Source: a virus (lineage: Duplodnaviria > Heunggongvirae > Uroviricota > Caudoviricetes). From it: a DNA stretch of 36,308 nucleotides. Below the pieces are notes generated by a model, which had not been told where the DNA came from, did no database searches, and saw only the letters and a list, made by a program, of their open reading frames with translations. Where the stretch lies: the IMG/VR virus record IMGVR_UViG_2563366905_000008. One strand, written 5' to 3'. Position numbers and translations under genes: made by a program. This document shows positions 16,170 to 26,299 of the stretch, piece after piece (the stretch's first letter is position 1; every line of letters begins with the position of its first letter).

Positions 16170-17482
16170 CAGCGGCCATTCAGCTGTATCCCTACCAGCA
16201 GGCGTGGTTTCTGGATCGTGCCCGTTTCAAGATTGGCATGTTTGCCCGCCAGACGGGCAAGACGTTCACCACCACGCTGGAACTGGTTGATGACTGTTTT
16301 GAAACAGAGGCATCAGGGGGACGCACTCGCTGGGTGATCCTATCGCGTGGGGAGCGTCAGGCAAAAGAAGCCATGGTGGAGGGGGTGAAAAAACACTGCA
16401 GCGCCTACCGGATGGCGGCCCGTGAGGTGGAAAGTTATTACCGTGCTGAAAGCGGCGAACGCTACACCATGCTTGAGGTGGAGTTACCCGGTGGCTCCCG
16501 TATCACGGCCCTGCCGGCAAATCCCGACACGGCACGTGGGTTTGCGGCTAACGTCTTTCTGGATGAGTTCGCCTTCCATGCCGACAGTCGCAAAATCTGG
16601 ACCGCCCTGTTTCCGGTCATTTCCAACGGCTACAGACTGCGTGTGACATCGACGCCGAACGGCAAGGGAAACAAGTTTTATGAACTGATGACCAGCAACG
16701 CCCTTGAAAATGTCTGGTCACGTCACATCGTGGATATTTACCGTGCCGTGCGCGACGGCCTTCCGCGTGACATTGCACAGATGCGACAGGCGCTCAACGA
16801 TGATGACGCCTGGGCACAGGAGTTTGAACTGAAGTGGCTGGATGAGGCATCGGCCTGGCTGACGTTTGAACTGATTGACGGCGTGGAGCACGATGCTGCC
16901 GGACTGCCGGTGCACTATACGGGTGGCCCCTGCTTTGTGGGGGTGGATATTGCTGTCCGTAATGACCTGTTTGTGATCTGGGTGCTTGAACAGGTGGGGG
17001 ATGTCTACTGGACCCGGGAAATCATCACCCGTAAACGGGCCACCTTTGCTGAGCAGGATGCTTTGCTGGATGACGTATTTTTCCGTTATCGCGTGCTGCG
17101 CTGCTGTATGGATCAGACAGGAATGGGGGAAAAGCCTGTGGAAGATGCTCAGGAGCGCCACGGCAGGAGTCGTGTGGAGGGGGTGATATTTAACAGCCCG
17201 AACAAGCTCACCCTCGCGACCCGTGGCAGGGAGATGTTTGAGGACCGCCGCCTGCGTATTCCGGCGGGAGATGTGGTACTGCGCAGTGATCTGCATAAAC
17301 TCCGTAAGATCACCGGACCTACCGGAGCGCCTCGCTTTGTGGCGGAAAGTGATGCAGCAGGTCACGCCGACCGTACATGGGCCTGTTTTCTGGCTATTAA
17401 CGCCACTGACGGACCGTCAGGGCCGGTGGTGGCGCGTTCGCGCCGCCGCCGTGAAGCCGCCCGCATGCTGGAGGGATTCTGA
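16166..17482 (+). CDS. Terminase large subunit
   Basis: 438 aa; Walker A-like ARQTGKT near the N-terminus; acidic nuclease-type motifs in the C-terminal half; position between small terminase and portal. Confidence 0.85.
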   Translation: MTAAIQLYPYQQAWFLDRARFKIGMFARQTGKTFTTTLELVDDCFETEASGGRTRWVILSRGERQAKEAMVEGVKKHCSAYRMAAREVESYYRAESGERYTMLEVELPGGSRITALPANPDTARGFAANVFLDEFAFHADSRKIWTALFPVISNGYRLRVTSTPNGKGNKFYELMTSNALENVWSRHIVDIYRAVRDGLPRDIAQMRQALNDDDAWAQEFELKWLDEASAWLTFELIDGVEHDAAGLPVHYTGGPCFVGVDIAVRNDLFVIWVLEQVGDVYWTREIITRKRATFAEQDALLDDVFFRYRVLRCCMDQTGMGEKPVEDAQERHGRSRVEGVIFNSPNKLTLATRGREMFEDRRLRIPAGDVVLRSDLHKLRKITGPTGAPRFVAESDAAGHADRTWACFLAINATDGPSGPVVARSRRRREAARMLEGF

Positions 17483-18975
17483 TGGCAAAAGGTATCTGGG
17501 TTTCACCCGATGAGTTCGTGGCGTTCACCGAACCCAAAAAATCACTGACCGCGCAGATTGCCTCGCGCAGTCGCGCCATCGACTTTTACGCTCTGGGAAT
17601 GTACCTGCCCAACCCTGATCCCATTCTCAAGGCTCAGGGACGGGATATCCGTATCTACCGCGAACTGCGCACCGACCCGCTGGTCGGGGGCTGTATCCGC
17701 AGACGTAAAGCAGCGCTCAAATCACTGGAGCGTGGACTGGAGCGCGGTCACGCTTCTGCCCGGGTCTTCCGTTTCATCCGCGACATGCTCGACGATCTGG
17801 ATCTGTCCCGCATCATCGGTGAGATGAGCGATGCCGTGCTCTACGGGTATCAGCCCTGTGAAATCATGTGGGGCCGTTCGGTCAGGGCGTGGGCGGTGAC
17901 GGATATTGTCGGCAAACCGCCTGAGTGGTTTCAGTTTGATACGGACAACTGCCTGCGCTTCCGGGCGCGTGATGCGGGTGTGGAGGGTGAGCTGCTGTCA
18001 CCGTCAAAATTCGTGGTGCCGGCACAGGATGCCTCGTATGACAATCCTTACGGTTTCCCTGACCTGTCCATGTGCTTCTGGCCGGTCGCCTTCAAGAAAG
18101 GCGGGATGAAATTCTGGCTCCGCTTTGCCGAAAAGTTTGGCTCCCCATGGGTGATCGGTAAGCACCCGAGGGGTGCAAATGATGCAGAGATTGAAAAACT
18201 GCTGGACTCCATGGAGCAGATGGTGGAGGACGCGGTGGCCGCCATCCCTGATGACAGCAGCATCGAACTCAAAGCAGCGGATGGCAAGGCGGACAGCAGC
18301 GAGGTATTCCGCGAGCTGATCACACTGTCACGCAGTGAGATCTCCATTGCATTACTCGGTCAGAATCAGACCACGGAAGCGAACAGTAACAAGGCCTCTG
18401 CACAGGCCGGGCTGGAGGTGACGGCTGATATCCGCGATGCGGATGCGGACATCATTCAGGCGGCAGTGAATCAGGTTATCAGAACGGTGGTCACCCTGAA
18501 CTTCGGCGATGTGCCGTGTCCGGTCTGGGCCATGTGGGAACAGGAGGCCATTGATGACACCCGCGCCACCCGCGACGAAAAACTCACCCGGGCGGGTCTG
18601 CGTCTGACCCCGCAGTACTTCATGCGGGAGTACCAGCTGCAGGAGGGGGATATTGACCTCTCTGATGCACCGGTTGCGGACGGGGCAGTGCCTGCGGAGT
18701 TTGCCGAGGCGATAAGCGCCGATCATGATGCACAACAGCAGCTTGACGACGCGCTGGACATTCTGATGAACGGAGGTGTGTTAAATGGCACGCTGGACCC
18801 CGTCCTGGCACCTCTGTTTAAGCGGGTCGAAAACGGGGTTAACCCGACTGAGCTGCTGGGCGAACTGGCGGAGCTCTACCCTCAGATGAACACGGACGAT
18901 CTGCAGGAACGGCTGGCCCGCATTCTCTTTGTGGCAAATATCCGGGGGCGTCTGCATGAGCGTGACAACGGCTGA
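17482..18975 (+). CDS. Portal protein (Mu gp29-like)
   Basis: 497 aa directly after the terminase with ATGA overlap; size and position typical of Mu-like portal. Confidence 0.8.
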   Translation: MAKGIWVSPDEFVAFTEPKKSLTAQIASRSRAIDFYALGMYLPNPDPILKAQGRDIRIYRELRTDPLVGGCIRRRKAALKSLERGLERGHASARVFRFIRDMLDDLDLSRIIGEMSDAVLYGYQPCEIMWGRSVRAWAVTDIVGKPPEWFQFDTDNCLRFRARDAGVEGELLSPSKFVVPAQDASYDNPYGFPDLSMCFWPVAFKKGGMKFWLRFAEKFGSPWVIGKHPRGANDAEIEKLLDSMEQMVEDAVAAIPDDSSIELKAADGKADSSEVFRELITLSRSEISIALLGQNQTTEANSNKASAQAGLEVTADIRDADADIIQAAVNQVIRTVVTLNFGDVPCPVWAMWEQEAIDDTRATRDEKLTRAGLRLTPQYFMREYQLQEGDIDLSDAPVADGAVPAEFAEAISADHDAQQQLDDALDILMNGGVLNGTLDPVLAPLFKRVENGVNPTELLGELAELYPQMNTDDLQERLARILFVANIRGRLHERDNG

Positions 18976-19777
18976 ACTGGCGTACTGCATGACGCTTCCC
19001 CCGAAGCGGGCAGTCAGTTACCTGAAGTCCAAAGGGTATCAGATTACCTGGGACTGGGAAGAAATGTGGCAGGAGGCCCATGCCCGCGCCTTTACCGTTG
19101 CTAAAGTGACCCGCCTGGATATCCTGGAAGATATTCGCGGGGCACTGCAGCAGGCTGTCGATGAAGGAAAAACCGATCGCTGGTTCCGGCAGGAGCTGGA
19201 GCCGGCGCTGAAGCGCAAGGGATGGTGGGGACCGCGTGACACGACTGACCCGGTAACGGGTGAACCGGTCACCATTCAGCAGGGCAGTCCGTGGCGGCTC
19301 GATACCATCTTTCGCACCAATATGTCCGTACTCTACAGCGCTGGTCGTTGGGCGGAGCAAATGGAAAACGTCGACGACAGGCCGTACTGGATGTATACCG
19401 GCATCAACGACAGCCATACCCGCAGGAGCCATCTGGCGCTGCATGGTCTGGTGCTGCGCTGGGATGACCCGTTCTGGCAGGCATTTTACCCGCCGAACGG
19501 CTGGCGCTGCCGCTGTAGTGTGATTGCCCTGAGTGCGGCGGATGTACGTGCCCGTGGCCTGAAGGTTATCAGCTCCGGCTCTGCCATGGGCCAGGAACTG
19601 AAACTGGTCTCAGAGAAAACCGGCGAAATGCGGAACGTGGCCACCTTTAATACCGGCACCACGAAGGTGACCACCGACGTCGGCTGGTCTTATGCACCGG
19701 GGGCAGCATACCGTCCCGACCTGGCCCGCTATCAGGGTACGCTTCAGCCACTGGCACAACAGGAACTGAGAGGATAA
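18956..19777 (+). CDS. Head morphogenesis protein (Mu F-like)
   Basis: ATG at 18956 (MSVTTAELAY...) overlapping the portal stop; Mu gene order portal then F. Confidence 0.7.
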   Translation: MSVTTAELAYCMTLPPKRAVSYLKSKGYQITWDWEEMWQEAHARAFTVAKVTRLDILEDIRGALQQAVDEGKTDRWFRQELEPALKRKGWWGPRDTTDPVTGEPVTIQQGSPWRLDTIFRTNMSVLYSAGRWAEQMENVDDRPYWMYTGINDSHTRRSHLALHGLVLRWDDPFWQAFYPPNGWRCRCSVIALSAADVRARGLKVISSGSAMGQELKLVSEKTGEMRNVATFNTGTTKVTTDVGWSYAPGAAYRPDLARYQGTLQPLAQQELRG

Positions 19778-19779
19778 CA

Positions 19780-20238
19780 ATGGCTTCCGATAACCTGGTC
19801 AGTATCACCATTAACGATAAATCCCTGCGCCGGAGCCTCCGTGCGCTGGACCTGGCTGCCACAGACCTGGAGCCCGCGATGCGCAAAATCGCCGGAACCC
19901 TGCTGGCGGAAACACAGTTTAACTTTCTTGATGAGGGGCGTCCGGGGTGGATCCCCTCGCTGGCAGCGGAAGAGCGTGACGGGCAGACACTGCAGGATAC
20001 CGGACGTCTGATGGGGTCAGTATCAACCGACCATGATGACCGGCAGGCTGTTGTGGGGACCAACGTTGTTTACGGTGCCATTCACCAGTTCGGGGGTAAA
20101 ACGGGGCGTAATGAGTCTGTTGAACTTCCGGCCCGCCCGTTCCTGCCGGTGACGGGGGATGGAGAACTCCAGCCTGAAGTGGTAATCCCCATCCTCGATA
20201 CCATTGTCCGCCATCTTGAATCAGCGGCCCGTCTCTGA
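19780..20238 (+). CDS. Virion morphogenesis protein (Mu G-like)
   Basis: 152 aa; position after the F-like gene; size as expected for Mu G. Confidence 0.7.
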   Translation: MASDNLVSITINDKSLRRSLRALDLAATDLEPAMRKIAGTLLAETQFNFLDEGRPGWIPSLAAEERDGQTLQDTGRLMGSVSTDHDDRQAVVGTNVVYGAIHQFGGKTGRNESVELPARPFLPVTGDGELQPEVVIPILDTIVRHLESAARL

Positions 20239-20282
20239 GGTTTCTCCCTTCAGGCGGGTGATTTATCATTGCCAGCGGATGA

Positions 20283-20326
20283 GGGGCTGTATTACCTTTA
20301 TAAAGGCTTTACAGCCTCTGTTTTAT
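20283..20326 (+). terminator. Candidate intrinsic terminator after G-like gene
   Basis: Stem GGCTGTA / TACAGCC with an inner CCTTTATAAAGG palindrome, followed by TCTGTTTTAT. Confidence 0.45.
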
Positions 20327-20377
20327 AACCGCCTCCGGTTCACCGCATTGCTTTCCCTGTCCTTCTCCCCTGATGTT

Positions 20378-20397
20378 TTCTAAAGCAGATTAAAATC
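20378..20397 (+). promoter_or_regulatory. Degenerate copy of the late-promoter motif upstream of the scaffold/protease gene
   Basis: TTCTAAagcagaTTAAAATC, about 55 bp upstream of the ATG at 20453; 4/6 and 8/9 matches to the two halves of the motif. Confidence 0.3.
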
Positions 20398-20452
20398 GCC
20401 GGGCCTGCATTTCTCACAAACTGTCTCCGACAACATAACGCGGGACAGCAAA

Positions 20453-21568
20453 ATGTCAGCCATTCACATTTTTAAAGCCGGTACTCATACCGATATGCAC
20501 GGCAAAAAACTGCCGTTCACGCCAGACGATCTTGCCGCCTGCGTGAAAGCCTATGACCCGTCCGTCCATGAAGCACCACTCGTGATTGGTCATCCCAGAA
20601 CGGAAGACCCGGCGTGGGGCTGGGTGAAAACCCTGTCGCTCAGCGGTGTCGATCTGATGGCAGAGCCTGCCCAGCTGGATCCGCAGTTTGCTGAGATGGT
20701 CACCGACGGACGATTCAAAAAAGTGTCCGCCTCTTTCTATCTCCCGGATTCACCGTCCAATCCGAAGCCCGGCGTGCTCTACCTTCGCCATGTGGGCTTT
20801 CTCGGGGCACAGCCACCTTCCGTCAAGGGGCTGAAACAGGTGTCCTTCAGTGAGCAGGAAGAAGGTGTGGTGGAGTTCGCCGACTGGCAGGCAATCACGA
20901 ATGCCTCCCTGTGGGGAAAGCTGCGCGATTTTCTGATCGCCCGCTTCAGTCTGGACGAAGCAGAAAAAGTCCTGCCGGAATGGCAGCTCAACAGTCTGCG
21001 CGAAGAGGCGTACCGCGACACACTGTCGCAGGATGCAGCAGGTGCACAATTCAGTGAGACAGGCCAGGTGCCGTCTTCCGCAAGTAACGAGGAATCATCG
21101 ATGACAAAAGAAGAGATTGAAGCCCTTCAGGAGGAGAACCGCCGCCTGAAGCAGCAGGCTGCTGATCGCGATGCGCGTGATGCACAGGTCAGACAGGAGC
21201 AACTGCATAAGGACAATGTGGCCTTTGCAGAAAAACTGGTCGCAGAGGGCCGTCTGGCTCCCCGCGCCTCCTCCGTGGTGGTTGCCCTGCTGGATGCCGT
21301 CGCCGGTGGCGACAAGCCGGTGGAGTTTGCTGAGGGGGAAAGCCGCACGCCGCTGGCCACCGCCTTCCGTTCATTGCTCTCCGACGGGGAGCCGGTGATG
21401 AATTTCGCCGAACAGGCCACAAAAGAGCGTGTCGGCGACACGGTGAAGGTGGATGTGGCGGAGTTTGCGGAAGCCGATCCTGAGCGTCTGGCCCTGCATC
21501 AGAAAGCAGTGGCCCTGTCGAAAAAAGAAGGCATCAGCTATGAGGCTGCTGTCGCACGCTGCCTGTAA
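20453..21568 (+). CDS. Head protease/scaffold protein (Mu I-like)
   Basis: 371 aa; central charged coiled-coil (EEIEALQEENRRLKQQAADRDARDAQVRQEQ); position immediately before the major capsid gene. Confidence 0.75.
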   Translation: MSAIHIFKAGTHTDMHGKKLPFTPDDLAACVKAYDPSVHEAPLVIGHPRTEDPAWGWVKTLSLSGVDLMAEPAQLDPQFAEMVTDGRFKKVSASFYLPDSPSNPKPGVLYLRHVGFLGAQPPSVKGLKQVSFSEQEEGVVEFADWQAITNASLWGKLRDFLIARFSLDEAEKVLPEWQLNSLREEAYRDTLSQDAAGAQFSETGQVPSSASNEESSMTKEEIEALQEENRRLKQQAADRDARDAQVRQEQLHKDNVAFAEKLVAEGRLAPRASSVVVALLDAVAGGDKPVEFAEGESRTPLATAFRSLLSDGEPVMNFAEQATKERVGDTVKVDVAEFAEADPERLALHQKAVALSKKEGISYEAAVARCL

Positions 21569-21582
21569 TTTAAGGAGAAATC

Positions 21583-22536
21583 ATGTCTGATTACTTAAAA
21601 GGTAAACGTGTCGTTGATCCGGTACTGACCAGTATCGCCCGAGGCTATAAAAATGCCGCATTCATTGGCGAACGTATTTTCCCCGTCGTGCTGACGGACA
21701 AGGAAGGCGTGCGTGTGCCGACCTTCGGGAAAACCGCCTTTGTGGAATATGACACCGAGCGTGCCGTCGGGGCAGACAGTAATGTTCTGGTCCGTGAGAA
21801 AACCGGCACGCTTGATCTGGTGCTGGGTGAGCACGATCTGGCTGCGCCGGTGGACTATCGCGAGCAGGCGGAGTCCATGTTTAACGAGGAGAGCAAGGCC
21901 ATCCGTCGCGCCACGAATGGCGTGAATCTGCGCCGTGAACTTATCGCCGCCCGTCTGGCTCAGGATGAAAAGGTCTACCGTACCGGGCACGTTAAAAAAC
22001 TGACAGCCAGTGATCGCTGGGCCGGTGGTAAGGGGGACCCCATCAGGGTGATTGAAGCCGGTATGGAAGCGGTCCGTACGGCCACGGGGCTGCGTCCTAA
22101 CCTGATGACCATGGGTGCCGGCGTGATGGCGCTGCTGAAGTTCCACCCGGCGATTCAGGCTGCCATCGGAGCCAACGAACGCAAGCGCATCACCACGGAG
22201 ATCCTGCAGGACCTCTTTCAGATCGAAGAGATCGTCATCGGTGCCCCTGTCTCCCTGCCGTCCATGAAAGCGGCGATGGATAAGGACAGCGTGCCGGCGG
22301 ATATCTGGGGAGATAATCTGATGCTGCACTATGTCGGCAAACCACAGCCGGGGGCGGACAGCGCGGACGAGAACGAGCCGTCCTTCGGCTACACCCTGCG
22401 TCGTAAGGGGATGCCTGTTGCTGACAAATACGACGGAGCCGGCGGCAAGGTGAAGTACTGCCGTTATACCGATATCTACAAAGTCGCCGTGGTTGGTGGC
22501 GATGCCGGGTATCTCATTACCGGTATCAGTAAATAA
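21583..22536 (+). CDS. Major capsid protein (Mu T-like)
   Basis: 317 aa, AAGGAG RBS, follows the scaffold gene; size typical of Mu-like major head subunit. Confidence 0.8.
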   Translation: MSDYLKGKRVVDPVLTSIARGYKNAAFIGERIFPVVLTDKEGVRVPTFGKTAFVEYDTERAVGADSNVLVREKTGTLDLVLGEHDLAAPVDYREQAESMFNEESKAIRRATNGVNLRRELIAARLAQDEKVYRTGHVKKLTASDRWAGGKGDPIRVIEAGMEAVRTATGLRPNLMTMGAGVMALLKFHPAIQAAIGANERKRITTEILQDLFQIEEIVIGAPVSLPSMKAAMDKDSVPADIWGDNLMLHYVGKPQPGADSADENEPSFGYTLRRKGMPVADKYDGAGGKVKYCRYTDIYKVAVVGGDAGYLITGISK

Positions 22537-22545
22537 GGAGGCGTT

Positions 22546-22884
22546 ATGGGAACCACTCAGCAGGTCATTCTGATCACAACCGTAACGGCAGGGGCCGCAC
22601 TGACACAGCAGCGTTTTGTCGGGGCAGATAATACCCCCTGTAAAGCCGGTGCCGCAGCGCTCGGGGTTGCCGAAGTAGATGCTGTTACCGGCGACAGCAC
22701 GCCGGTGAGCGTTCTGGGCATTATTGCTGTCGAGGCCGGGGCCGCTGTCAGCCGTGGTGTGGCTGTTCAGTCAGATGCTCAGGCCAGAGCCGTGCCGCAG
22801 TCCGGCGACGGTAAATCCTGTGGTATTGCACTTGATGAAGCCGGGGGTGAAGGCGACGTCATTCGTATCCTGCGCGGGGTGTGA
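22546..22884 (+). CDS. Small Gly/Ala/Val-rich head protein (112 aa)
   Basis: Position between the capsid and head-completion genes; composition typical of small capsid-associated proteins. Confidence 0.55.
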   Translation: MGTTQQVILITTVTAGAALTQQRFVGADNTPCKAGAAALGVAEVDAVTGDSTPVSVLGIIAVEAGAAVSRGVAVQSDAQARAVPQSGDGKSCGIALDEAGGEGDVIRILRGV

Positions 22885-22885
22885 C

Positions 22886-23332
22886 ATGTACTGCACCCTG
22901 GAGGATTTGCTTGCGCAGGTGCCGGAGCGGACGCTTATCGAGCTCACCAGTGAAGAGATGGACTTCGACTCGCCTGCAACAGTGAATACCCGTGTGGTGG
23001 ACAGCTGTATCCGCTATGCCGACGAGCTGATTGATGCCCATCTGCGCGGACGCTATATCCTGCCACTGGCAGAGATACCGACTGTTCTGCGGGACATTGC
23101 CATCACGCTGGTCCGTTACCGGCTCTACGCCCGCCGCCCGGAAGGTGACCTCCCGGATACGGTGAAGGATGACCACAAAGAAGCGCTGCGGCAACTCAGG
23201 GAGTTACGTGATAACAGGCTCACGCTGGGGCTGCCGTCCACTCAGAAAGATGTGCCTGAGCCTGGCGAGTTTCGTGTACGCAGTCGCCCGGCCACTTTCG
23301 GCGGTCGTGACGGTTTACTGGAGAAATACTGA
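22886..23332 (+). CDS. Head-tail joining protein (Mu gp36-like)
   Basis: ATG at 22886 (MYCTLEDLLAQ...). The track ORF extends upstream to 22724 in an implausible overlap with the preceding gene. Confidence 0.6.
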   Translation: MYCTLEDLLAQVPERTLIELTSEEMDFDSPATVNTRVVDSCIRYADELIDAHLRGRYILPLAEIPTVLRDIAITLVRYRLYARRPEGDLPDTVKDDHKEALRQLRELRDNRLTLGLPSTQKDVPEPGEFRVRSRPATFGGRDGLLEKY

Positions 23333-23796
23333 TGAACGTTCTGCCCGTCCTTGATGCGGTACTGGCCCGGTTACGCGAGAAGCTGCCGCAACTGCAGGTG
23401 GAGTACTTCCCGGAGAAACCGGCTGAATATCGCCTGAACCATCCGGTTGGCGCGTTGCTGTTGAGCTATGCCGGTTCGCGCTTTGACAGGCCGGATGATA
23501 CCGGTGCGGTGATCCAGCCTCAGACTATCCAGCTCTGCGTCACGGTGGTCTTCCGCCAGCTCAACGGTAAAAAAGGGGCGATTAATGTCCTGGATGCTGT
23601 CCGTCGCATTCTCGGTGGCCACACCCCGCCCGGCTGCCGCCGCCGTATCTGGCTGACCCGCGAGGTGTTTATCGGTGAAGTCAGGGGGCTGTGGCAGTAC
23701 GCTCTCGACTTCGCGACTGAAAGCGTCTTTATCGAAGACAGCGATTTACCGTCCGGCCCGCTGTTAACCGAAGTGAACTATGAGGAAAGCGAGTGA
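23332..23796 (+). CDS. Head/tail completion protein (Mu gp37-like)
   Basis: 154 aa, ATGA-coupled to the previous gene; position before the sheath gene. Confidence 0.6.
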   Translation: MNVLPVLDAVLARLREKLPQLQVEYFPEKPAEYRLNHPVGALLLSYAGSRFDRPDDTGAVIQPQTIQLCVTVVFRQLNGKKGAINVLDAVRRILGGHTPPGCRRRIWLTREVFIGEVRGLWQYALDFATESVFIEDSDLPSGPLLTEVNYEESE

Positions 23797-24047
23797 TGAA
23801 AGAATACCGCTATTCCGGCCCGGCCAGCGGCGTCACGCTGTCGGACGGAACCGAAATCCTGCTCTGGCCGGGGAAGACGGTTTCCCTGCCGGAGGAGCAT
23901 GACTACGTGAAGGTACTGGTGGCGCTGAAGCATCTGACGCCGGTACCTGAAGAGACTAAACCCGCCGTCACACCGGCTGTGCAGTCACCAAAGCGCAGAA
24001 GCAGCAGTGACAGCGAAGTGAAAACGGAGGACTCCCATGGCAGCTAA
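23793..24047 (+). CDS. Small hypothetical structural protein (84 aa)
   Basis: Coupled ORF directly upstream of the sheath gene. Confidence 0.5.
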   Translation: MMKEYRYSGPASGVTLSDGTEILLWPGKTVSLPEEHDYVKVLVALKHLTPVPEETKPAVTPAVQSPKRRSSSDSEVKTEDSHGS

Positions 24048-25464
24048 CTATCTGCATGGCGTCGAAACCATTGAGGTGGAAAACGGTGCCCGCCCGGTTA
24101 AAACGGTGAAATCTGCCGTTATTGGCCTGATTGGTACCGCACCAATGGGGGACGTCAATACGCTGGTGCAGTGCCTGTCTGAGAAAGATGCTGCTGCGTT
24201 TGGCAACCAGCTCACCGGCTTTACCATTCCGCAGGCGCTGGATGCGATTTATGACCATGGTGCAGGCACCGTTCTGGTCATTAACGTCCTCGACCCGGCG
24301 AAACATAAAACGGCGATCGAGGATGAGGTGGTTACCTTTGACAAATCGACAGGGCAGGCCAGACTGGCGCATCCGGTTGTCGCTAATGTGGTGGTGAAAA
24401 ACAGTGAAGGCAGCACCGCCCACACGGCGAACACGGACTACCGTGTTGATGCGCAGGCGGGTGTGCTCACGAACCTGGGCAAGGCTATTGAAGCCGGTGG
24501 CAGCGTGAAGGTGAGCTATGAGTACGCGGACCCGTCGAAGGTGACTGCGGCGGACATCATCGGCGGGGTGAACAGCGCCGGAAACCGTACCGGCATGAAG
24601 CTGCTTAACGACAGCTTTAACCTGTACGGCTATTTCGCCAAAATTCTGATTGCGCCAGTGTTCTGCACCCAGAAGAGTGTCGCAGTTGAGCTTATCGCCA
24701 TGGCAGAGAAGCTGGGCGCGGTAACCTACATTGATGCTCCTGTCGGTACCACCTTTGCACAGGCTCTGGCAGGTCGTGGCCCGGAAGGCACCATCAACTT
24801 CAATACCAGCTCCGACCGCGTCCGTCTGTGCTATCCGCACGTCAAGGTGTACGACGCGGTCACCAACAGCGAACGGCTGGAGCCGCTGAGCCAGCGTGCT
24901 GCAGGTCTGCGTGCCAGGGTCGACATGGACAAGGGTTACTGGTGGTCGTCCTCCAACCAGGAGATTCTGGGTATCACTGGTGTGGAGCGCCAACTGTCAG
25001 CAATGATTGACGACCCGCAGAGCGAGGTGAACCTGCTCAACGAACAGGGGATCACCACGGTATTCAGCAGTTACGGCAGCGGCCTTCGTCTGTGGGGTAA
25101 CCGGACGGCAGCATGGCCAACGGTCACCCATATGCGTAACTTTGAGAACGTTCGCCGCACCGGTGATGTGATCAACGAGTCCATTCGTTATTTCAGCCAG
25201 CAGTACATCGACATGCCGATTACTCAGGCGCTGATTGATGCACTGACGGAGTCGGTCAACGCCTACGGTCGCAAAATGACTGGTGATGGTGCGGTACTGG
25301 GCTTCCGTTGCTGGTTTGATCCGGCCCGCAATCCGGAGACGGAGCTGGCCGCCGGGCACCTGTTGCTTAGCTACAAATATACGCCACCACCGCCGCTGGA
25401 GCGACTGACGTATGAGACTGAGATCACCTCGGAATACCTGTTAACCCTGAAAGGGGGCAACTGA
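24037..25464 (+). CDS. Contractile tail sheath protein
   Basis: 475 aa; position before the tube gene; size typical of P2 FI / Mu L-like sheath. Confidence 0.85.
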   Translation: MAANYLHGVETIEVENGARPVKTVKSAVIGLIGTAPMGDVNTLVQCLSEKDAAAFGNQLTGFTIPQALDAIYDHGAGTVLVINVLDPAKHKTAIEDEVVTFDKSTGQARLAHPVVANVVVKNSEGSTAHTANTDYRVDAQAGVLTNLGKAIEAGGSVKVSYEYADPSKVTAADIIGGVNSAGNRTGMKLLNDSFNLYGYFAKILIAPVFCTQKSVAVELIAMAEKLGAVTYIDAPVGTTFAQALAGRGPEGTINFNTSSDRVRLCYPHVKVYDAVTNSERLEPLSQRAAGLRARVDMDKGYWWSSSNQEILGITGVERQLSAMIDDPQSEVNLLNEQGITTVFSSYGSGLRLWGNRTAAWPTVTHMRNFENVRRTGDVINESIRYFSQQYIDMPITQALIDALTESVNAYGRKMTGDGAVLGFRCWFDPARNPETELAAGHLLLSYKYTPPPPLERLTYETEITSEYLLTLKGGN

Positions 25465-25985
25465 TGTCAAAGATTGAGATAAACCGAATCACGAATGCCA
25501 ACATCTATCTGGATGGTACTAACCTGCTGGGACGGGCTGAGGAAGTTAAACTCCCCGATGTCTCCATGATTATGCAGGAGCACAAGGCACTGGGGATGGT
25601 GGGTAAGGTGGAACTCCCGGCTGGTTTTGACAAACTGGAAGGCGAAATCAAATGGAACAGCTTTTACCGCGATGCGATGCTGTCTGCCGCGAACCCGTAC
25701 AGGTCGCTGGCACTGCAGTGTCGTTCCAGCGTCCAGCGCTACAGCTCGCAGGGGCTGATCGACGAAATCCCGCTGGTCACCTTCCTGACGATTATGTTCA
25801 AGAAGAACCCGCTGGGGACGTTCAAACAGCACGAGAACGCCGAGTTCTCCAGTAGCTTCACCTGCACGTATATCAGACAGGTACTGGATGGTGAAGAGCT
25901 GCTGCAACTGGACTATCTGGCCAACATCTTCCGGGTCGGCGGTGTTGATCAACTGACTGACTACCGCATCAATATCGGGGGCTGA
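25464..25985 (+). CDS. Tail tube protein
   Basis: 173 aa, ATGA-coupled to the sheath gene; P2 FII / Mu M-like size and position. Confidence 0.8.
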   Translation: MSKIEINRITNANIYLDGTNLLGRAEEVKLPDVSMIMQEHKALGMVGKVELPAGFDKLEGEIKWNSFYRDAMLSAANPYRSLALQCRSSVQRYSSQGLIDEIPLVTFLTIMFKKNPLGTFKQHENAEFSSSFTCTYIRQVLDGEELLQLDYLANIFRVGGVDQLTDYRINIGG

Positions 25986-25987
25986 CG

Positions 25988-26269
25988 GTGACCGTCGAGA
26001 TTGAAGATAAAGGCGGAAACTGTGGTTCGATTGGTATGGGGAATGGCACGTGGTTTACCCTCCTTGATATTCCGGGGGTGGAACACCTTTTTAATACCCA
26101 GAAAACCAATGACCCGATTGACTGCACACGTTCAAAGGCCCGCAAACTGGCGGATTTGATTGAGGCATGGGAGCCTCCCGACCACTGGTTCTCCGGCACC
26201 GGCAAATCTGAAGGAAAGGCACTTCTCATCGCCTTCCTGCGTAACTGCAAAGGCTTTCGCACTCGCTGA
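25988..26269 (+). CDS. Hypothetical small protein (93 aa), possible moron inside the tail operon
   Basis: GTG at 25988 two nt after the tube stop with a G-rich RBS; complex, non-repetitive product; followed directly by an intrinsic terminator. Confidence 0.4.
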   Translation: MTVEIEDKGGNCGSIGMGNGTWFTLLDIPGVEHLFNTQKTNDPIDCTRSKARKLADLIEAWEPPDHWFSGTGKSEGKALLIAFLRNCKGFRTR

Positions 26270-26275
26270 CATCAC

Positions 26276-26299
26276 AGGGGCTTCGGCCCCTTTCTTCTT
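26276..26299 (+). terminator. Intrinsic terminator after the 93-aa ORF
   Basis: GGGGC-TTCG-GCCCC hairpin followed by TTTCTTCTT. Confidence 0.55.

Noticed and set aside
20239-20452. Gap between the G-like and scaffold genes, the position where some Mu-like phages carry anti-CRISPR genes
   Set aside because: Only a 34-codon ATG ORF without RBS is present; the gap is better explained by a terminator hairpin plus a late promoter-like motif.
21595-22329. 244-aa minus-strand ORF antisense to the major capsid gene
   Set aside because: Arg/His/Gly-rich product; embedded in a well-supported structural gene.
22724-22885. Upstream extension of the gp36-like ORF overlapping the preceding head protein gene
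   Set aside because: The extension overlaps 160 bp of the preceding gene in another frame; the ATG at 22886, just after that gene's stop, is the likelier start.
23968-24993. 341-aa minus-strand ORF antisense to the tail sheath gene
   Set aside because: Same reasoning: antisense ORF in GC-rich coding DNA, no start signals, implausible composition.
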